Source: a virus
Taxonomy: Duplodnaviria > Heunggongvirae > Uroviricota > Caudoviricetes
DNA: 18,168 nt
Virus record (IMG/VR): IMGVR_UViG_2740892218_000008
Reading direction: 5' to 3' (one strand)
This document shows, one piece after another, positions 8,423 through 16,380 of the stretch. Made by a program: the position numbers and the translations under genes. Below the pieces are notes generated by a model. The model worked only from the letters and a program-made list of their open reading frames with translations, had not been told where the DNA came from and did no database searches. Each line of letters begins with the position of its first letter. Positions within the stretch are counted from its first letter, which is position 1.

Positions 8423-8498
8423 GATTTACTCTCCCCCAAATAAAAAGGCCTGCGATTACCAGCAGGCCTGCTATCAGCTCAGTGATGTAGATGGTCAT
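8415..8498 (-). CDS. Small hydrophobic peptide, 27 aa (MTIYITELIAGLLVIAGLFIWGRVNRG)
   Basis: ATG overlaps the ren stop (ATGA coupling); 3' end overlaps the GTG start of the 68-aa ORF. Not in the ORF track because shorter than 60 aa. Confidence 0.3.
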   Translation of the reverse strand: MTIYITELIAGLLVIAGLFIWGRVNRG

Positions 8499-8785
8499 CT
8501 TTTAACTCCATATACCGCCAATACCCGTTTCATCGCGGCACTCTGGCGACACTCCTTAAAAATCAGGTTCGTGCTCACCTTTCCTTCCCGTTCTTCTCTG
8601 GTAGCGAACCGGTAATACACCGTTCGCCAGACCTTACCTTCGATAACCAGAAGACCTGCCCGTGCCATTTTAGCCGCGGCCTGATTTATGCTGGTTACTG
8701 TTGCGCCTGTTAGCGCGGAAACGTCCTGTGCACAGAAGCTCTTATGCGTTCCGAGGTAATGAATAATTGCCTCTTTGCCCGTCAT
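8495..8785 (-). CDS. ren: Ren (Rex-exclusion resistance protein)
   Basis: 96 aa, near-identical to my recollection of lambda Ren (MTGKEAIIHYLGTH...). Confidence 0.9.
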   Translation of the reverse strand: MTGKEAIIHYLGTHKSFCAQDVSALTGATVTSINQAAAKMARAGLLVIEGKVWRTVYYRFATREEREGKVSTNLIFKECRQSAAMKRVLAVYGVKR

Positions 8786-9483
8786 ACACTTGCTCCTTTC
8801 AGTCCGAACTTAGCTTTAATTTCTGCGATCTTCGCCAGAGCCTGTGCTCGATTTAGAGGTCTGCCGCCCATGACAGGAAGTTGTTTTACTGGTTCAGGTA
8901 TAGTCTCACCACGGTTAATTCGTGCTGTCATACAGGTCAGTTCATCGGCAGCCTTGCGCCGTAATTCCGCGTCAGTCAGCGCATTGGCCCGCATGTTCTG
9001 GTACAGGTTGGTAACCAGCCAGTAGTGCGCGTTTGATTTCCACGGATAAGACTCTGCATCCGGATACAGGCCACGCTTCCGGCAATACTCGTAAACCATA
9101 TCAACCAGCTCGCTGACGTTTGGCAGTCCGGCGATAACGGATGCTTCTTCCCGGCACCATGCAACAAACTGCCCGGGTGATGGCAGAAATGGTCGATTCT
9201 GCCGACGGGCTACGCGCATTCCTGCGTTAACCTGTTCCATTGTGGTGATCCCGTTTTCCCGGAAAGCCAGAACCCACTGGCGACGGATTTCGTTCACCTC
9301 GTTCTGGTCACGGTTAGCCAGGCTCGCCGGGAAAGTTGCCAGTAACTGGCTGAACACACCATTGATGATCTGCGCTACCTGCTGTACCTGCGGCTTTTCG
9401 TCGTACTGTTCCGGCATGTTGTTGGCGATTCGACGCATCTGCTCACGGTCAAAGTTAACCATCTGTGCGGCGATGTTTTTCAT
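8782..9483 (-). CDS. P: Replication protein P (DnaB helicase loader)
   Basis: 233 aa matching lambda P; ATGA overlap with O. Confidence 0.95.
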   Translation of the reverse strand: MKNIAAQMVNFDREQMRRIANNMPEQYDEKPQVQQVAQIINGVFSQLLATFPASLANRDQNEVNEIRRQWVLAFRENGITTMEQVNAGMRVARRQNRPFLPSPGQFVAWCREEASVIAGLPNVSELVDMVYEYCRKRGLYPDAESYPWKSNAHYWLVTNLYQNMRANALTDAELRRKAADELTCMTARINRGETIPEPVKQLPVMGGRPLNRAQALAKIAEIKAKFGLKGASV

Positions 9484-10379
9484 AAATCCACCCCGTAAAT
9501 CCAGTCAGTGTTTGTCAGGTCGAGTTTTGGTTTACTGGCTGTCACGCCTGCCTGTTGCTTGTTACGGTTGATTTCGAGCTGGGTCCACTTGTCGCGGAGT
9601 TTGGCCGGGCTCAGCACGTTACCGGACCAGAAGTTGTCCTGGCATGCCCAGCGGAACAGTACGCACATGTCGCGATGGTTACGTCCGTCACGTTCACGCA
9701 TCAGGCGGATATCGTTAGCCCACCCTGCAAAATTCGGTTTTCTGGCTGATGGCGCGATGGTCTTCACCATGTCAAACATCCACTCTGCGGCGGTCAGGTC
9801 TTCTGCTGTTCCCCACTTGCTGCCGCTCTGAATCGCAGCATCCGGTTTAACCACAGAAAGATCGTTTTCTGGCTGGTCGGAGGATTCGCCAGAATTCTCT
9901 GACGAATAATCTTTTCTTTTTTCTTTTGTAATAGTGTCTTTTGTGTCCCCCTGTTTTGAGGGATAGCAATCCCCCAATTTGAGGGATGTTTTATCCCTCG
10001 TTTTAGGGGATTTTCCCTCGTTTTGAGGGATACACCATTCTGAGATGTTTTTATTTGGTCCAAACATGCCGCCTTGCTGCTTGATAATATTCATTCTGAC
10101 GAGTTCTAACTTGGCTTCATTGCACCGTTTGACAGGTAACTTTGTAATCTCGCTAAGTTGAGAATCGGTGATTCTGTCCATTGGTTTATTCCACCCATAG
10201 GTTTTACGCAGAATGGCAAGCAGCACTTTAAACTGTCGCTTGGTCAGATCTGCGCCTGAATAAGCCTCAAGCAGCATATTTGATAGTCTGGCGTAACCAT
10301 CATCGAGATCTGCCACATTACGCTCCTGTTCGGCAAAGTTACCTCTGCCGAAGTTGAGTATTTTTGCTGTATTTGTCAT
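9480..10379 (-). CDS. O: Replication initiator protein O
   Basis: 299 aa matching lambda O; contains the ori iterons internally. Confidence 0.95.
   Translation of the reverse strand: MTNTAKILNFGRGNFAEQERNVADLDDGYARLSNMLLEAYSGADLTKRQFKVLLAILRKTYGWNKPMDRITDSQLSEITKLPVKRCNEAKLELVRMNIIKQQGGMFGPNKNISEWCIPQNEGKSPKTRDKTSLKLGDCYPSKQGDTKDTITKEKRKDYSSENSGESSDQPENDLSVVKPDAAIQSGSKWGTAEDLTAAEWMFDMVKTIAPSARKPNFAGWANDIRLMRERDGRNHRDMCVLFRWACQDNFWSGNVLSPAKLRDKWTQLEINRNKQQAGVTASKPKLDLTNTDWIYGVDL
9949..10032. repeat. ori-lambda: four approximately 19-bp iterons with adjacent A+T-rich DNA-unwinding region (about 9900..9948)
   Basis: Tandem repeats CCCTGTTTTGAGGGATA / TCCCCCAATTTGAGGGATG / ATCCCTCGTTTTAGGGGAT / TTCCCTCGTTTTGAGGGATA visible inside O. 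Confidence 0.85.
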
Positions 10380-10389
10380 AATGACCCCT

Positions 10390-10466
10390 GTGGATTGATC
10401 CAGTAATCCCCTCAGAATTGCATATCAATTTGCTTAGAGTCCCCGGCGGCCACCGGGGATTTTTTC
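10390..10466 (+). ncRNA. oop: oop-like antisense RNA (antisense to the 3' end of the cII-like gene)
   Basis: Plus strand shows a strong terminator CCCCGG-CGGCCA-CCGGGG followed by T6 at 10441..10466, and the preceding about 50 nt resemble my recollection of lambda oop RNA. The 5' end is estimated. Confidence 0.5.
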
Positions 10467-10708
10467 TTTGTGATTCCATCAAGCACATACTTAAAAGCCC
10501 TACTAATCGGACTGATGTCTGATGCCATTCCGAAAGCACACAAGACCGAAGCAATAAACCGCCAGTCCGTTCTGCTTATCTTCGATTCATGACAGCCAAT
10601 CATCTTTGCCAGACCTCGCTGTGTAAGCGTTGACAGGTTGATGAGTAAATCTGTTTCTGCGCGATCAATTTCTCGCTGTGTTGGCTTGCTGTAACTTGCT
10701 TGTGCCAT
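10412..10708 (-). CDS. CII-like transcriptional activator (lysogeny establishment)
   Basis: 98 aa with central helix-turn-helix (QRGLAKMIGCHESKISR); C-terminal tail resembles lambda CII; AGGAAA SD upstream. Confidence 0.7.
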   Translation of the reverse strand: MAQASYSKPTQREIDRAETDLLINLSTLTQRGLAKMIGCHESKISRTDWRFIASVLCAFGMASDISPISRAFKYVLDGITKKKSPVAAGDSKQIDMQF

Positions 10709-10775
10709 TTGTTAATTTTCCTATATTGATATGGAGTTATAGCGGCATACCCAGTGGATTTGCCGCTGATGTTTG

Positions 10776-10817
10776 CTCACCCGGTTAGAGGTGAAAGGCC
10801 AGAACTGTTAAAGAGCA
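10776..10817 (-). promoter_or_regulatory. nutR: boxA (TGCTCTTTAACA) plus boxB hairpin (TTCACCTCTAACCGGGTGAG), phi21-type
   Basis: Read on the minus strand between cro and the cII-like gene. The boxB loop CUAACC matches the nutL boxB loop. An additional hairpin (AGCGGCA...TGCCGCT, 10742..10768) follows, in the position of tR1. Confidence 0.6.
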
Positions 10818-10823
10818 ATTTAC

Positions 10824-11009
10824 TTATGCCGCTTGGCGGTAAGCACTTTCTTGATACTTCAGGGCGCCAGCTGTAACGATTTCCAATCGATAGGCGTCTT
10901 TCTCTGGGATAACTTCTTTCCACTGAGAGACTGCTGCATCGCTAATGCCTAGTGCTTTAGCAACAGCACGCTGGGTTCCGAAGTGGTCAATAACATCTTT
11001 TTTGTACAT
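10824..11009 (-). CDS. cro: Cro repressor, P22-type
   Basis: 61 aa MYKKDVIDHFGTQRAVAKALGISDAAVSQWKEVIPEKDAYRLEIVTAGALKYQESAYRQAA, near-identical to my recollection of P22 Cro. Confidence 0.9.
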   Translation of the reverse strand: MYKKDVIDHFGTQRAVAKALGISDAAVSQWKEVIPEKDAYRLEIVTAGALKYQESAYRQAA

Positions 11010-11023
11010 AGACTCGCTCCGAA

Positions 11024-11089
11024 ATTAAAGGGCACTTAAATTATCTGCTAAAGGAATCTTAAGTCAAGTTTATTTAAGATGTCTTAACT
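11024..11089. promoter_or_regulatory. OR operator region with divergent pR/pRM: three P22-type 18-bp operators
   Basis: Three sites fitting the P22 operator pattern ANTNAAGNNNNCTTNANT: ATTAAAGGGCACTTAAAT (11024..11041), GCTAAAGGAATCTTAAGT (11047..11064), ATTTAAGATGTCTTAACT (11072..11089). Confidence 0.7.
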
Positions 11090-11740
11090 ATGAATACACA
11101 ACTGATGGGTGAGCGTATTCGCGCTCGCAGAAAAGAACTCAAGATTAGGCAGGCTGCCCTTGGCAAGATGGTTGGCGTGTCTAATGTTGCTATTTCCCAA
11201 TGGGAGCGATCTGAAACTGAGCCCAATGGCGAAAACCTATTGGCCTTAGCCAAGGCTTTGCAGTGCTCCCCTGATTACCTGTTGAAAGGAGAGGATAGTC
11301 TTTCAAACATTGCCTATCACAGCAGGCATGCTCCAAGAGGTTCGTATCCTCTAATTAGTTGGGTAAGCGCAGGATGTTGGATGGAAGCTGTAGAGCCATA
11401 TCATAGGCGTGCAATAGATAACTGGTACGACACAACGGTAGATTGTTCTGAAGACTCTTTTTGGCTCGACGTTAAAGGCGACTCAATGACTGCCCCGGCA
11501 GGACTGAGTATTCCTGAGGGGATGATTATTCTCGTCGACCCAGAAGTCGAACCACGTAATGGAAAGCTGGTAGTCGCCAAACTTGAAGGAGAAAACGAGG
11601 CGACATTCAAAAAGTTAGTTATTGATGCCGGTAGAAAATTCCTGAAACCACTCAATCCACAATACCCAATGATTGAAATCAATGGGAACTGTAAAATCAT
11701 TGGCGTTGTCGTTGATGCCAAGCTAGCAAACCTTCCTTAA
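11090..11740 (+). CDS. c2: C2 repressor (P22 c2-type, LexA-like autocleaving repressor)
   Basis: 216 aa, near-identical to my recollection of P22 C2; N-terminal HTH and C-terminal S24 peptidase-like domain (GDSM ... K). Confidence 0.95.
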   Translation: MNTQLMGERIRARRKELKIRQAALGKMVGVSNVAISQWERSETEPNGENLLALAKALQCSPDYLLKGEDSLSNIAYHSRHAPRGSYPLISWVSAGCWMEAVEPYHRRAIDNWYDTTVDCSEDSFWLDVKGDSMTAPAGLSIPEGMIILVDPEVEPRNGKLVVAKLEGENEATFKKLVIDAGRKFLKPLNPQYPMIEINGNCKIIGVVVDAKLANLP

Positions 11741-11762
11741 GGGGCTTTCGCCCCTTTTTTAT
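11741..11762 (+). terminator. Rho-independent terminator immediately after c2
   Basis: GGGGC-TTTC-GCCCC followed by T6. Confidence 0.7.
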
Positions 11763-11804
11763 TTCCCGTTAAAAATCAAAGACAAACTAAATTCACGCCC
11801 ATAA

Positions 11805-11858
11805 AATTAAGTTTTCTTCAAAAATACAGTTGACCTACAAATTAAGAAGTCTTAAATT
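11805..11858 (+). promoter_or_regulatory. OL operators and pL promoter
   Basis: Two P22-type operator matches (AATTAAGTTTTCTTCAAA at 11805..11822; AATTAAGAAGTCTTAAAT at 11840..11857) flanking a TTGACC -35 (11830..11835) with a TAAATT-like -10. Confidence 0.55.
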
Positions 11859-11903
11859 TAAGCCATCAGCAGGACGCTGGAAGCCAAACGGAACAGATTG
11901 GCA

Positions 11904-11944
11904 GGCTCTTTAACATCGACGAACTCTCAACCTAACCGTTGAGA
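11904..11944 (+). promoter_or_regulatory. nutL: boxA (GGCTCTTTAACA) plus boxB hairpin (TCTCAAC-CTAACC-GTTGAGA), phi21-type
   Basis: boxA consensus and a 7-bp perfect-stem boxB hairpin lie between pL and N. Confidence 0.65.
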
Positions 11945-12054
11945 CCAGAACTTGAGTGGTTTTGGGGATGGCGCGAATTGCAGCTGCAAGACAGCGATCG
12001 AGAAGATAAGCACCTCGACGCGTCATGCGCCAAAGCCACTTAAAGGAGACCATC

Positions 12055-12360
12055 ATGGTAACCATAGTCTGGAAAGAATCCAAAGGTACAGCAAAAAGCC
12101 GCTACAAAGCTCGCAGAGCAGAACTTATTGCCGAGCGACGAAGTAATGAAGCACTGGCGCGAAAAATTGCGCTAAAGCTCTCTGGTTGCGTCAGAGCAGA
12201 CAAAGCAGCATCACTGGGAAGCCTTTGCTACAAGAAGAAAGAAGAATTCGTTCGAAAAAATAGAAGTATTTATTACAAGGATTCAAACCCATTAGGAAAC
12301 AAAATACATGCAGTCCAAAAAATAAAATTGTACAGTAAACCACCGTACGGTGCTTATTGA
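12055..12360 (+). CDS. N: Early antiterminator N, phi21-type
   Basis: Arginine-rich motif GTAKSRYKARRAELIAERR near the N-terminus matches my recollection of phage 21 N. AGGAG SD 6 nt before ATG at 12055; the ORF-track start at 12025 lacks an SD. Confidence 0.75.
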   Translation: MVTIVWKESKGTAKSRYKARRAELIAERRSNEALARKIALKLSGCVRADKAASLGSLCYKKKEEFVRKNRSIYYKDSNPLGNKIHAVQKIKLYSKPPYGAY

Positions 12361-12362
12361 GT

Positions 12363-12701
12363 ATGCTTATGGTGAAAAAGACTATTTATGTTAATCCTGA
12401 CCGCGGACAAAACAGAAAAGTATCTGATAGAGGCCTTACATCTCGAGACAGGAGGAGAATAGCGAGATGGGAAAAGAGGATAGCATATGCATTAAAAAAC
12501 GGTGTAACACCTGGATTTAATGCTATAGATGACGGTCCTGAATATAAGATTAATGAAGACCCAATGGACAAAGTTGACAAAGCATTAGCAACACCATTTC
12601 CTCGCGATGTTGAAAAAATTGAAGATGAAAAATATGAGGATGTAATGCACAGAGTTGTTAACCACGCTCACCAACGAAATCCAAATAAAAAATGGTCATA
12701 G
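12363..12701 (+). CDS. Hypothetical protein, about 112 aa, basic N-terminal half and acidic C-terminal half; translationally coupled to N
   Basis: ORF begins within a few nt of the N stop (ATG at 12363 or 12369); no recognisable motif; A+T-rich. Confidence 0.45.
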   Translation: MLMVKKTIYVNPDRGQNRKVSDRGLTSRDRRRIARWEKRIAYALKNGVTPGFNAIDDGPEYKINEDPMDKVDKALATPFPRDVEKIEDEKYEDVMHRVVNHAHQRNPNKKWS

Positions 12702-12835
12702 CCCACTTCGATGGTTTTTTTTATTGTCTGAACTAACCGAATTTATTACAGCAAGCCACGCAGTGAAATGGGTGTGACTTGTGTTGGTCGCCAGAAAATG
12801 AAATTAGGCAGCAAACCACTTATTTGAGGTGATAT

Positions 12836-13285
12836 ATGGAAGAACAGGCAAATAAGATTCTCATAGAACTATTGCAAAAAGCCAGTAATGGAATAGACAC
12901 GGCTGTCTCATTTATCCAGGCACAGATTCCTGATGTTGTTCATCAGTTGCTGCTATGGAATATGGTTGACAGTCTGATTAAAACATTAATAGCCATTTTA
13001 ACAATCCCGCTGGTTTTCTGGTTTATGAAGAAACAGTACCAAAAAGTTGAAATTGGTAAGTTCGATGATGAAGGATGGTCATGGGATAAGGGGAAGACTA
13101 AATACAAACCGACTATGATTTGGGAAAGTAACGGTGAGATTAGTTTTCTAATCTTACCATTAGCTGCAGTTTTTGTTCTGTGGGTAAATTTTATTATTGC
13201 TGTAGCAATCAATATGACTTGGTTAAAAATTTGGCTGGCCCCAAAGCTTTACCTTATCGAATATGCAGCATCATTGGTTAAGTAA
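12836..13285 (+). CDS. Hypothetical 2-TM membrane protein, 149 aa (possible superinfection-exclusion-type protein)
   Basis: Strong SD (GAGGTGA) before ATG at 12836; soluble N-terminal about 45 aa, then two hydrophobic helices (LIKTLIAILTIPLVFWFM; ISFLILPLAAVFVLWVNFIIAVAI); followed by a clean terminator. Confidence 0.6.
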   Translation: MEEQANKILIELLQKASNGIDTAVSFIQAQIPDVVHQLLLWNMVDSLIKTLIAILTIPLVFWFMKKQYQKVEIGKFDDEGWSWDKGKTKYKPTMIWESNGEISFLILPLAAVFVLWVNFIIAVAINMTWLKIWLAPKLYLIEYAASLVK

Positions 13286-13289
13286 TTTT

Positions 13290-13316
13290 AGGCCGCATAG
13301 TCGGCCTTTATTTTTG
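13290..13316 (+). terminator. Rho-independent terminator
   Basis: AGGCCG-CATAGT-CGGCCT followed by TTATTTTT. Confidence 0.6.
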
Positions 13317-13434
13317 GCATAAACAACAGAATAAACACTGCACTGTGTATTCATTCCAACGAGTGAATACACGGAGCAATGTCGCTCGTAACTAAACAGG
13401 AGCCGACTTGTTCTGATTATTGGAAATCTTCTTT

Positions 13435-13460
13435 GCCCTCTAATGTGAGGGCGATTTTTT
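13435..13460 (+). terminator. Rho-independent terminator
   Basis: GCCCTC-TAATGT-GAGGGC followed by GATTTTTTAT. Confidence 0.6.
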
Positions 13461-13480
13461 ATCTATGAGGATATGAATAG

Positions 13481-13849
13481 ATGTCAAACATCAAAAAATA
13501 CATCATTGATTACGACTGGAAAGCATCAATAGAAATTGAAATCGACCATGACGTAATGACAGAGGAAAAACTTCACCAGATTAATAATTTCTGGTCAGAC
13601 TCTGAATACCGACTCAATAAACACGGCTCTGTATTAAATGCTGTATTAATCATGCTGGCGCAACATGCTCTGCTTATAGCAATTTCAAGCGACTTAAATG
13701 CATATGGTGTTGTGTGTGAGTTCGACTGGAATGATGGAAATGGTCAGGAAGGATGGCCTCCAATGGATGGTAGCGAAGGAATAAGAATTACCGATATCGA
13801 TACATCAGGAATATTTGATTCAGATGATATGGCTATCAAGGCCGCCTGA
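13481..13849 (+). CDS. ea10: Ea10-like protein (lambda ea10 position and size, 122 aa)
   Basis: 122 aa ORF with SD, immediately upstream of cIII as in lambda; assigned by position and length, the sequence itself is not recalled. Confidence 0.6.
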   Translation: MSNIKKYIIDYDWKASIEIEIDHDVMTEEKLHQINNFWSDSEYRLNKHGSVLNAVLIMLAQHALLIAISSDLNAYGVVCEFDWNDGNGQEGWPPMDGSEGIRITDIDTSGIFDSDDMAIKAA

Positions 13850-13921
13850 GTGCGGCGTTACCGCATACCAATAACGCTTCACTCGAGGCGTTTTTCGTTA
13901 TGTATAAATAAGGAGCACACC

Positions 13922-14062
13922 ATGCAATATGCCATTGCAGGGTGGCCTGTTGCTGGCTGCCCTTCCGAATCTTTACTTGAACGAATCACCCGTAAATTAC
14001 GTGACGGATGGAAACGCCTTATCGACATACTTAATCAGCCAGGAGTCCCCAAAAATGGATAA
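13922..14062 (+). CDS. cIII: CIII (FtsH/HflB inhibitor), 46 aa, C-terminally shorter than lambda CIII
   Basis: [46 protein letters not shown] matches lambda CIII up to its last about 8 residues; AAGGAG SD upstream. Confidence 0.85.
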   Translation: MQYAIAGWPVAGCPSESLLERITRKLRDGWKRLIDILNQPGVPKNG

Positions 14063-14198
14063 AAAACTTATGGCTATCCAGACAAAATTCACTATTGCCA
14101 CTTTTATTGGCGATGAAAAGATGTTTCGTGAGGCCGTCGACGCTTATAAAAAATGGATATTAATACTGAAACTGAGATCAAGCAAAAGCATTCACTAA
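14055..14198 (+). CDS. kil: Kil (host cell-division inhibitor), 47 aa
   Basis: [47 protein letters not shown] matches lambda Kil; overlaps gam by 46 nt as in lambda. Confidence 0.8.
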   Translation: MDKKLMAIQTKFTIATFIGDEKMFREAVDAYKKWILILKLRSSKSIH

Positions 14199-14569
14199 CC
14201 CCCTTTCCTGTTTTCCTAATCAGCCCGGCATTTCGCGGGCGATATTTTCACAGCTATTTCAGGAGTTCGGCCATGAACGCTTATTACATTCAGGATCGTC
14301 TTGAGGCTCAGAGCTGGGCGCGTCACTACCAGCAGATAGCCCGTGAAGAGAAAGAGGCAGAACTGGCAGACGACATGGAAAAAGGCCTGCCCCAGCACCT
14401 GTTTGAATCGCTATGCATCGATCATTTGCAACGCCACGGGGCCAGCAAAAAAGCCATTACCCGTGCGTTTGATGACGATGTTGAGTTTCAGGAGCGCATG
14501 GCAGAACACATCCGGTACATGGTTGAAACCATTGCTCACCATCAGGCTGATATTGATTCAGAGGTATAA
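14153..14569 (+). CDS. gam: Gam (RecBCD inhibitor), long form 138 aa
   Basis: Near-identical to my recollection of lambda Gam ([55 protein letters not shown]...). Confidence 0.95.
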   Translation: MDINTETEIKQKHSLTPFPVFLISPAFRGRYFHSYFRSSAMNAYYIQDRLEAQSWARHYQQIAREEKEAELADDMEKGLPQHLFESLCIDHLQRHGASKKAITRAFDDDVEFQERMAEHIRYMVETIAHHQADIDSEV

Positions 14570-14574
14570 AACGG

Positions 14575-15360
14575 ATGAGTACAGCACTCGCAACGCTGGC
14601 AGGGAAGCTGGCTGAACGTGTCGGCATGGATTCTGTCGACCCACAGGAACTGATCACCACTCTTCGCCAGACGGCATTTAAAGGTGATGCCAGCGATGCG
14701 CAGTTCATCGCATTGCTGATCGTCGCCAACCAGTACGGCCTTAATCCGTGGACGAAAGAAATTTACGCCTTTCCTGATAAGCAGAACGGCATCGTTCCGG
14801 TGGTGGGCGTCGATGGCTGGTCCCGCATCATCAATGAAAACCAGCAGTTTGATGGCATGGACTTTGAGCAGGACAATGAATCCTGCACATGCCGGATTTA
14901 CCGCAAGGACCGTAATCATCCGATCTGCGTTACCGAGTGGATGGATGAATGCCGCCGCGAACCATTCAAAACCCGCGAAGGCAGAGAAATTACGGGGCCG
15001 TGGCAGTCGCATCCCAAACGGATGTTACGGCATAAAGCCATGATTCAGTGTGCCCGTCTGGCCTTCGGATTCGCGGGTATCTATGACAAGGATGAAGCCG
15101 AGCGCATTGTCGAAAATACCGCATACACTGCAGAACGTCAGCCGGAACGCGACATCACTCCGGTTAACGATGAAACCATGCAGGAGATTAACACTCTGCT
15201 GATTGCCCTGGACAAAACATGGGATGACGACTTATTGCCGCTCTGTTCCCAGATATTTCGCCGCGACATTCGCGCATCGTCAGAACTGACACAGGCCGAA
15301 GCAGTGAAAGCTCTTGGATTCCTGAAACAGAAAGCCTCTGAACAGAAGGTGGCTGCATGA
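14575..15360 (+). CDS. bet: Bet (Red-beta single-strand annealing protein)
   Basis: 261 aa matching lambda Bet. Confidence 0.95.
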   Translation: MSTALATLAGKLAERVGMDSVDPQELITTLRQTAFKGDASDAQFIALLIVANQYGLNPWTKEIYAFPDKQNGIVPVVGVDGWSRIINENQQFDGMDFEQDNESCTCRIYRKDRNHPICVTEWMDECRREPFKTREGREITGPWQSHPKRMLRHKAMIQCARLAFGFAGIYDKDEAERIVENTAYTAERQPERDITPVNDETMQEINTLLIALDKTWDDDLLPLCSQIFRRDIRASSELTQAEAVKALGFLKQKASEQKVAA

Positions 15361-16037
15361 CACCGGACATTATCCTGCAGCGTACCGGGATCGACGTGAG
15401 AGCTGTCGAACAGGGGGATGATGCGTGGCACAAATTACGGCTCGGCGTCATCACCGCTTCAGAAGTTCACAATGTGATAGCAAAACCCCGCTCCGGAAAG
15501 AAATGGCCTGACATGAAAATGTCCTACTTCCACACCCTGCTTGCTGAGGTTTGCACCGGTGTGGCTCCGGAAGTCAACGCTAAGGCGCTGGCCTGGGGAA
15601 AACAGTACGAGAACGACGCCAGAGCCCTCTTTGAGTTCACTTCCGGCGTTAATGTTACTGAATCCCCGATCATCTATCGCGACGAAAGTATGCGCACCGC
15701 CTGCTCTCCCGATGGTTTATGCAGTGACGGCAACGGCCTTGAGCTGAAATGCCCGTTTACCTCCCGGGATTTCATGAAGTTCCGGCTCGGTGGTTTCGAG
15801 GCCATAAAATCGGCTTACATGGCCCAGGTGCAGTACAGCATGTGGGTGACGCGAAAAGATGCCTGGTACTTTGCCAACTATGACCCGCGAATGAAGCGTG
15901 AAGGCCTGCATTATGTCGTGGTTGCGCGGGATGAAAAGTACATGGCGAGTTTTGACGAGATGGTGCCGGAGTTCATCGAAAAAATGGACGAGGCACTGGC
16001 TGAAATTGGTTTTGTATTTGGGGAGCAATGGCAATGA
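15357..16037 (+). CDS. exo: Exo (Red-alpha 5'-3' exonuclease)
   Basis: 226 aa matching lambda exonuclease; ATGA overlap with bet. Confidence 0.95.
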   Translation: MTPDIILQRTGIDVRAVEQGDDAWHKLRLGVITASEVHNVIAKPRSGKKWPDMKMSYFHTLLAEVCTGVAPEVNAKALAWGKQYENDARALFEFTSGVNVTESPIIYRDESMRTACSPDGLCSDGNGLELKCPFTSRDFMKFRLGGFEAIKSAYMAQVQYSMWVTRKDAWYFANYDPRMKREGLHYVVVARDEKYMASFDEMVPEFIEKMDEALAEIGFVFGEQWQ

Positions 16038-16216
16038 AGCATCCTCACGATAATATCCGGGTAGGCACGATCACTTTCGTCTACTCCGTTACAAAGCGAG
16101 GCTGGGTATTTCCCGGCCTTTCTGTTATCAGAAATCCACTGAAAGCACAGCGGCTGGCTGAGGAGATAAATAATAAACGGGGGGCTGTATGCACAAAGCA
16201 TCTCCTGTTGAGTTAA
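16034..16216 (+). CDS. Small hypothetical protein (lambda orf60a-like)
   Basis: 60 aa from ATG at 16034 (GGAG SD 9 nt upstream); position as in lambda, immediately after exo. Confidence 0.55.
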   Translation: MKHPHDNIRVGTITFVYSVTKRGWVFPGLSVIRNPLKAQRLAEEINNKRGAVCTKHLLLS

Positions 16217-16380
16217 GAACGAGTATCGAGATGGCACATAGCCTCGCTCAAATTGGAGTCAGGTTTGTGCCAATACCAGTAGAAACAGACGAAGAATTTC
16301 ATACGTTAGCCACATCCCTTTCACAAAAGCTGGAAATGATGGTGGCGAAAGCAGAAGCAGATGAGAGAGACCAGGTATGA
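16189..16380 (+). CDS. Small hypothetical protein (lambda orf63-like)
   Basis: 63 aa; position and size as lambda orf63. Confidence 0.55.
   Translation: MHKASPVELRTSIEMAHSLAQIGVRFVPIPVETDEEFHTLATSLSQKLEMMVAKAEADERDQV

Noticed and set aside
8186..9167. Plus- and minus-strand ORFs (85-109 aa and 63 aa) overlapping ren, P and the small hydrophobic ORFs
   Set aside because: Pro/Ser/Arg-rich translations typical of out-of-frame or antisense reading of real genes; no SDs.
9949..10032. Tandem repeats that might be mistaken for a CRISPR array
   Set aside because: Only four about 19-bp repeats with no unique spacers, lying inside the O gene; these are the ori-lambda iterons.
11401..11721. 106-aa minus-strand ORF inside c2
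   Set aside because: Antisense to the highly confident c2 repressor gene.
12708..12730. Possible terminator after the 112-aa gene (CCACTTCGATGG followed by T8)
   Set aside because: The stem is only 3-4 bp, so the hairpin is too weak to call, though the T8 tract may still cause pausing.
13379..13468. 29-codon ORF between the two terminators upstream of ea10
   Set aside because: GGAG lies only 2 nt from the ATG and the ORF runs through the terminator hairpin; more likely non-coding (see the terminator-bounded element finding).
14542..16237. Long antisense ORFs (156, 97, 88, 105 and 108 aa) opposite bet and exo
   Set aside because: bet and exo are near-identical to the lambda Red proteins; the opposite-strand ORFs are shadow frames.
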